Under the pieces are notes generated by a model. That model was given only the letters and a program-made list of their open reading frames with translations. It did no database searches and was not told the origin of the DNA. Shown piece by piece: positions 60,085-64,000 of a stretch of 64,000 nucleotides of DNA. Source of the stretch: a virus; IMG/VR virus record IMGVR_UViG_3300048999_000192, positions 1 to 64,000 of that record. One strand, 5' to 3'. The first letter of the stretch is position 1. Each line of letters opens with the position of its first letter. Position numbers and translations under genes: made by a program.

Positions 60085-60528
60085 ATGAACCGCTTCATCC
60101 GCACGGGCCTGGCGGCGTCGTTGACGCTGCCCCTGCTCACCGGCTGCTACTTCGCCCACAAGAGCGACGCCGACAAGGGCGGCGATGACCCGGCGCTCAA
60201 CGCGCCGACCTCCTCGGCGACCAGCACGGCCATCCCGGAGGGCGGCGGCGACGTCGACACGCTCTGGGGCAAGATGAAGGACCCCGCGCCGTTCCTCGCC
60301 TACATGCACGCCAACGAGCAGCCCTATCTCGACTCCCTGACGGACAACTCGATCATGCAGGACGGGTACGTCGAGAACTACGCCTACATCGCGTGTGAGG
60401 ACCTGCGGAAGGGCAAGACGGTGGCGCAGACGGCCGCCGACGCCAAGGACGTCCCGGAGCTCGTCCGCATCACCAACATCATGATCAGGTTCATCTGCCC
60501 CGACCAGAAGGCCAAGATCACCTCCTGA
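60085..60528 (+). CDS. lipoprotein
   Basis: Signal peptide ending LLTGC lipobox; C-terminal ACEDL..G...FICP. Confidence 0.8.
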   Translation: MNRFIRTGLAASLTLPLLTGCYFAHKSDADKGGDDPALNAPTSSATSTAIPEGGGDVDTLWGKMKDPAPFLAYMHANEQPYLDSLTDNSIMQDGYVENYAYIACEDLRKGKTVAQTAADAKDVPELVRITNIMIRFICPDQKAKITS

Positions 60529-60539
60529 TCCGGCTCGAC

Positions 60540-60621
60540 TGCAGGCCCTGCCCTCCCGTCATGGGGCAGGGCCTGCAATATGTCCGAATCACTTCCACTC
60601 CAAGAAATCCTGGAGTACTGT
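60540..60621 (+). promoter_or_regulatory. terminator hairpin plus phage promoter
   Basis: TGCAGGCCCTGCCC/GGGCAGGGCCTGCA, then TTCCAC-17 bp (TCCAAGAAATCCTGGAG)-TACTGT. Confidence 0.75.
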
Positions 60622-60646
60622 GGCTAGCAGTCACGAGGGAGTGCAC

Positions 60647-60943
60647 ATGAATCAGCAGGAGTTCGTCGAGGCCGTACGCGATGGTCTCGCCGAAGCCGGG
60701 ATCGAAGTCCAGATGATCAACGGGGCGACCCCCATGATGGTCCTGGCCGTCGAGCCCGACGTGCAGGTGATCTGCTTCGGCCACCCCCGGTATCCCGGGA
60801 AGCGCTCGAACCAGTTCGAGGTCTGCCTGCGCGACCATGGCCGCAACCGGGCGCTCGACTGGATCGACGAGGTCGCCGACCAGATCACCGGAGCCGTCAA
60901 GGCCGTCATCGACGCCATCACCCCCACCGCCCCGAAGGAGTAG
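60647..60943 (+). CDS. hypothetical protein
   Basis: GGGAG RBS behind promoter. Confidence 0.7.
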   Translation: MNQQEFVEAVRDGLAEAGIEVQMINGATPMMVLAVEPDVQVICFGHPRYPGKRSNQFEVCLRDHGRNRALDWIDEVADQITGAVKAVIDAITPTAPKE

Positions 60944-60946
60944 TCC

Positions 60947-61606
60947 ATGGCCACCGTGAAGCTGTTCGCCGCCTCGAACACCTGGGCCCCCGGCGACGAC
61001 GCCGCCCGGATGGCCGGTGTACCCAAGCACGCCATCGGCAGCAACTGCATGAACGTCTACGTGCAGGCCTACACCAAGGCCGAGGCCAAGGAGATGCTGA
61101 CCGGCTTCGGCGTGACCGAGGGCCGGGCGGAGAACATCGTCAAGGAGCTGCGCGTCAACAAGGGCCCTCTGCCGCACAGCATCGTCAAGCTGCGCGAGGT
61201 CGGTCTGGTCGGCGAGCGTGAGCGTGGTGTCTGGGCCTACTACGAGTTCAACGCGGGCTCGCCCGTCCTGGAGCTCACCAAGACCGGGCCGAAGATCGTT
61301 GCCAACGTGCAGCTCTGGACCCCTTCCGAGCCGCTCAACGTCGAGCCGGTCAACACCGGTCCGTACCGGCTGAACTGGCGGAGCGACCCGTCCATGTTCA
61401 ACCGGCCGACCGGCTTCTTGAACGGCCTGCCGATGTTCCGGATCGAGGACTCCTACCCGAACCGGGGCTACCAGCTCGTGACGAACCTGCCCGGCTGGGG
61501 CCAGAAGAAGTGGGACTGCCGCAACCACATCCACGCCTACCAGACGGCTGACCGGCTGATCCAGTCCTACCTGGACCGGCTGGGCGCGGCCTTCATCGAA
61601 GGCTGA
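60947..61606 (+). CDS. hypothetical protein
   Basis: AAGGAG RBS. Confidence 0.8.
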   Translation: MATVKLFAASNTWAPGDDAARMAGVPKHAIGSNCMNVYVQAYTKAEAKEMLTGFGVTEGRAENIVKELRVNKGPLPHSIVKLREVGLVGERERGVWAYYEFNAGSPVLELTKTGPKIVANVQLWTPSEPLNVEPVNTGPYRLNWRSDPSMFNRPTGFLNGLPMFRIEDSYPNRGYQLVTNLPGWGQKKWDCRNHIHAYQTADRLIQSYLDRLGAAFIEG

Positions 61607-61620
61607 TACCGTCCATCGCC

Positions 61621-61727
61621 TGAGACCCGACCGCCCCGGAGCGCGGTCGGGTCTCAATCATTTTAAAATCATTGCTGAAAGTGCTTCCCTCCCTAGAATC
61701 CTTGGAGTAGAGTGGCCTTATCGCCAC
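61621..61727 (+). promoter_or_regulatory. terminator hairpin plus phage promoter
   Basis: TGAGACCCGACCGC/GCGGTCGGGTCTCA; ATCATTTTAAAAT; TTCCCT-17 bp-TAGAGT; GTGGCCTTATCGCCAC. Confidence 0.8.
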
Positions 61728-61748
61728 CAAGGGAAGGGAATCCCCCAG

Positions 61749-62600
61749 ATGAGCACGAACCGAAACCTCTCCGCCCCCCGTAACGAGTTCGACCTGGGCC
61801 GCCCGCTCGCCACCCGCACCGGCAAGGTCATCCACCGGCTGGCGCGAGTGCACGAGGACCGGGGCCTGGCCGAGACGAGCTGCACCAAGTTCCTCCCGGC
61901 GATGCAGCCCACGCTCGTCACCCGGACCGACCGCAAGGGCCGCTGGGGCGTCCTGCTCGGTGGCGGTGTCGTCCCGACCTGCCCCGCTTGCCTGGCCGCC
62001 CACCACGCGGCGATCGGGGCGGCGCGCGAGGAGAGCCCCCGGGAAATCGCCCTGGCGAACATCTCCTCCGCCCCGGCCACCCAGGCGGGCCACGACGAGC
62101 TCACCCGGGTGTACGGCCAGAAGGACCCCCAGACCGCCAAGGTCGGTGACCTCGTCTACGGCTACTCGCGCGGTGCCTACCGCCGGGGAGTGGTCATCAA
62201 GGTCACCCCGACCAAGGTCGAGATGTTCTACACCACCGACGGCGCGGTCAAGGACGCCCAGCGCATCTTCGAGTCGATCTCCTCGATCGTCCCCGCCAAG
62301 AGCGCCAAGTTCGCGGCCGAGAGCGCCTCGCGCAACTACGCCCACTACCGCAAGACGGCCGCCGAGTACCAGCGGCGCGTGGACGGCGGCGAGCCCTACG
62401 AGGCGCTGAGGAGCTTCGAGCAGACCGACTTCGCCAACATCAAGGCGCTGCTGGAGGAGACCCGCGAGGACTACATCGCCCGCAATGCCACCGAGGCCTT
62501 CGAGAAGGCCTCGGCCAAGCTGGAGAACAACAAGAGCTACCGCCAGTACGTGCACTGCACCACCAAGGCCGTCAAGAAGAGCGATATCTACCTCGTCTGA
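61749..62600 (+). CDS. hypothetical early protein
   Basis: H..C..CxxC N-terminus and SH3-like KVGDLVY..RRGVVIKVT segment. Confidence 0.8.
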   Translation: MSTNRNLSAPRNEFDLGRPLATRTGKVIHRLARVHEDRGLAETSCTKFLPAMQPTLVTRTDRKGRWGVLLGGGVVPTCPACLAAHHAAIGAAREESPREIALANISSAPATQAGHDELTRVYGQKDPQTAKVGDLVYGYSRGAYRRGVVIKVTPTKVEMFYTTDGAVKDAQRIFESISSIVPAKSAKFAAESASRNYAHYRKTAAEYQRRVDGGEPYEALRSFEQTDFANIKALLEETREDYIARNATEAFEKASAKLENNKSYRQYVHCTTKAVKKSDIYLV

Positions 62601-62746
62601 CCGGCCTGGCCGCCCCCACCCCGGGGCGGCCCCACCCCTGGAGCTCCTGAATGACTCTCAACGAAGCCGGGTGGGCCCTCGTGGCCTGTCTCTACCTCTG
62701 CCTCTACCTCTTCATTTCCGCATCGTTCTACCGGAAGTAGGACAAC

Positions 62747-63421
62747 ATGAACCGCAAGGCCTCCGCTGCCCGCCACGCCGCCCGCATCACGCGAGAGCTG
62801 CGCCGCCTCTTCCCCGACGCCGAGCTGCAGTACGAGCGCGAGTGCATCTCCACCAAGGTCTTCCGTCTCGCCGACTGGAGCTACACCCTGCGGGTCACCT
62901 GGGCGCGGCTGGACACCCGCGACGGTGCCAAGGTGCTGAACGTCCTGAAGGGGCTCGTCGAGAACAGCTCGGACACCCACCTCGCTCGCTACAGCCACTT
63001 CGACGCCGACGTGGAGGTCACCGACGTCTTCGATGACGACCCGGAGTCCCAGATCGAGGTGGCCGCCGAGAAGCGCCTGCGGGAGACCGAGGCGGCCTTC
63101 GACGCCTCCCATCCGGAGCTCCCGTCCTACCAGGAGGCGGGTGAGGTCGAGATCCTCCTGATGCCCCACGAGATCCTCGGCATGCTCGACGGGAGCCGCA
63201 TCGGCGTCCAGGAGATCGGCGAGAGGCGGGCGTACGCCCGGATGATCACCGCCGATGAGTACGTGGCCTGGATGCACCGCGAGCAGGCCAGGTGCGAGGC
63301 CGACGGCCGCCACTTCCCCGAGCAGCCGACCGGCTGGGAGGCCGACATGCGGCGCAAGCTCACCCCGCTCTCGACCGAGATGGTCAACCGGCTCCTGAAC
63401 CCCAACCGCCGCCCCTTCTGA
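62747..63421 (+). CDS. hypothetical protein
   Basis: AGGA RBS, typical codon usage. Confidence 0.75.
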   Translation: MNRKASAARHAARITRELRRLFPDAELQYERECISTKVFRLADWSYTLRVTWARLDTRDGAKVLNVLKGLVENSSDTHLARYSHFDADVEVTDVFDDDPESQIEVAAEKRLRETEAAFDASHPELPSYQEAGEVEILLMPHEILGMLDGSRIGVQEIGERRAYARMITADEYVAWMHREQARCEADGRHFPEQPTGWEADMRRKLTPLSTEMVNRLLNPNRRPF

Positions 63422-63433
63422 CGAGGAGAGATC

Positions 63434-63853
63434 ATGACGTTCGAACGCAAGACCGGCATCTGGTGTGACTTCAACGACCACGAGCAGGAGATGTTCGCTC
63501 AGATCCTGGACCTGGCCGAAAGCAACGTCGAGCAGGCGCATGGCCCTCAGGCGCGGCTGGAGCTGCTGATGATGACCGGTGAACTGCGCCGGGTCTTCCA
63601 GCTCAAGCGTGAGCCCTGGATCGCCGAGGACATCCGCGCCCAGATCGCCGACCACCGCCGCTCTCACCACGTCAGCAATAAGATCGTCCGCTGCGCCCGG
63701 GACGGCTGCGGTGAGGTCCAGGAGGCCACGGCCGCCCTGAGCGCCTGGCGGATGGCGCGGACGCAGGAGTGGAAGCTCAACGCCCCGGGCAACGAGACCT
63801 CCACCGACCTGCTCTGCCCTGAGCACGCCGAGGAGCTCGGCAAGACCCAGTAG
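63434..63853 (+). CDS. hypothetical protein with C..C..CxxH motif
   Basis: GAGGAG RBS. Confidence 0.7.
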   Translation: MTFERKTGIWCDFNDHEQEMFAQILDLAESNVEQAHGPQARLELLMMTGELRRVFQLKREPWIAEDIRAQIADHRRSHHVSNKIVRCARDGCGEVQEATAALSAWRMARTQEWKLNAPGNETSTDLLCPEHAEELGKTQ

Positions 63854-63942
63854 GCTGCCCTCAGGTGTAGGCCTGGGGACGAGGGGCCCGGTTCGCTTCG
63901 GCGGCCGGGCTCTTCGCATTCAGACTCTTTTCAGACAAGCGA

Positions 63943-63971
63943 TTGACTCCAAGGATTCTTGGCAGTACCTT
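63943..63971 (+). promoter_or_regulatory. phage promoter, near-consensus
   Basis: TTGACT-17 bp (CCAAGGATTCTTGGCAG)-TACCTT. Confidence 0.8.
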
Positions 63972-64000
63972 CCCTCTTGTCTCGATCGCGGTCAGATCGT

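Noticed and set aside
62689-62716. CTCTACCTCT-like pyrimidine repeat
   Set aside because: Only two short copies, with no further structure or recurrence
1-64000. Stop-codon recoding, integrase/att site, diversity-generating retroelement
   Set aside because: Genes end normally in TGA, TAG and TAA with tight coupling; no recombinase or reverse transcriptase motifs seen in this window

Overview
High-GC, gene-dense segment of a large tailed actinobacteriophage genome (or phage-like element). A near-intact copy of the developmental regulator BldC points to a filamentous actinomycete host (inference). No integrase, portal or major capsid gene is recognisable in this window. Layout: (1) 1-1.7 kb, minus strand: an RNA cluster with four conventional tRNAs (Pro-CGG, Ile-GAT, Phe-GAA, atypical Glu-CTC) interleaved with tRNA-shaped RNAs that carry inserted or swapped arms and with other multi-stem RNAs. 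(2) 1.7-10.2 kb, minus strand: small genes, a SNF2 helicase and a HicA-like gene. (3) 10.4-18.7 kb: small genes, a GTAG-rich repeat pair, a degenerate RlaP-type nucleotidyltransferase and a DinG helicase. (4) 18.8-23.6 kb: CHAP endolysin, holin, tail/GH26-like proteins. (5) 23.8-42.4 kb: replication and recombination genes (5'-3' exonuclease, DnaC-like loader, DnaB, primase, SSB, DnaE, RecA, Cas4-like, RuvC-like). (6) 42.8-48 kb: sigma-like gene, DUF932 protein, terminase. (7) 48.8-56 kb: two His-rich multi-enzyme (polyvalent) proteins with recurring xTA linkers at domain boundaries; the larger contains an internal promoter and an out-of-frame antitoxin-like gene coupled to an in-frame RelE-like domain. 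(8) 56-64 kb: BldC and a series of early-gene modules. About 15 copies of a sigma70-type promoter with a conserved palindromic spacer (CCAAGGATTCTTGG-like) recur across the window. All family assignments come from motif recognition by eye, not database searches, and all RNA structures were folded by eye.
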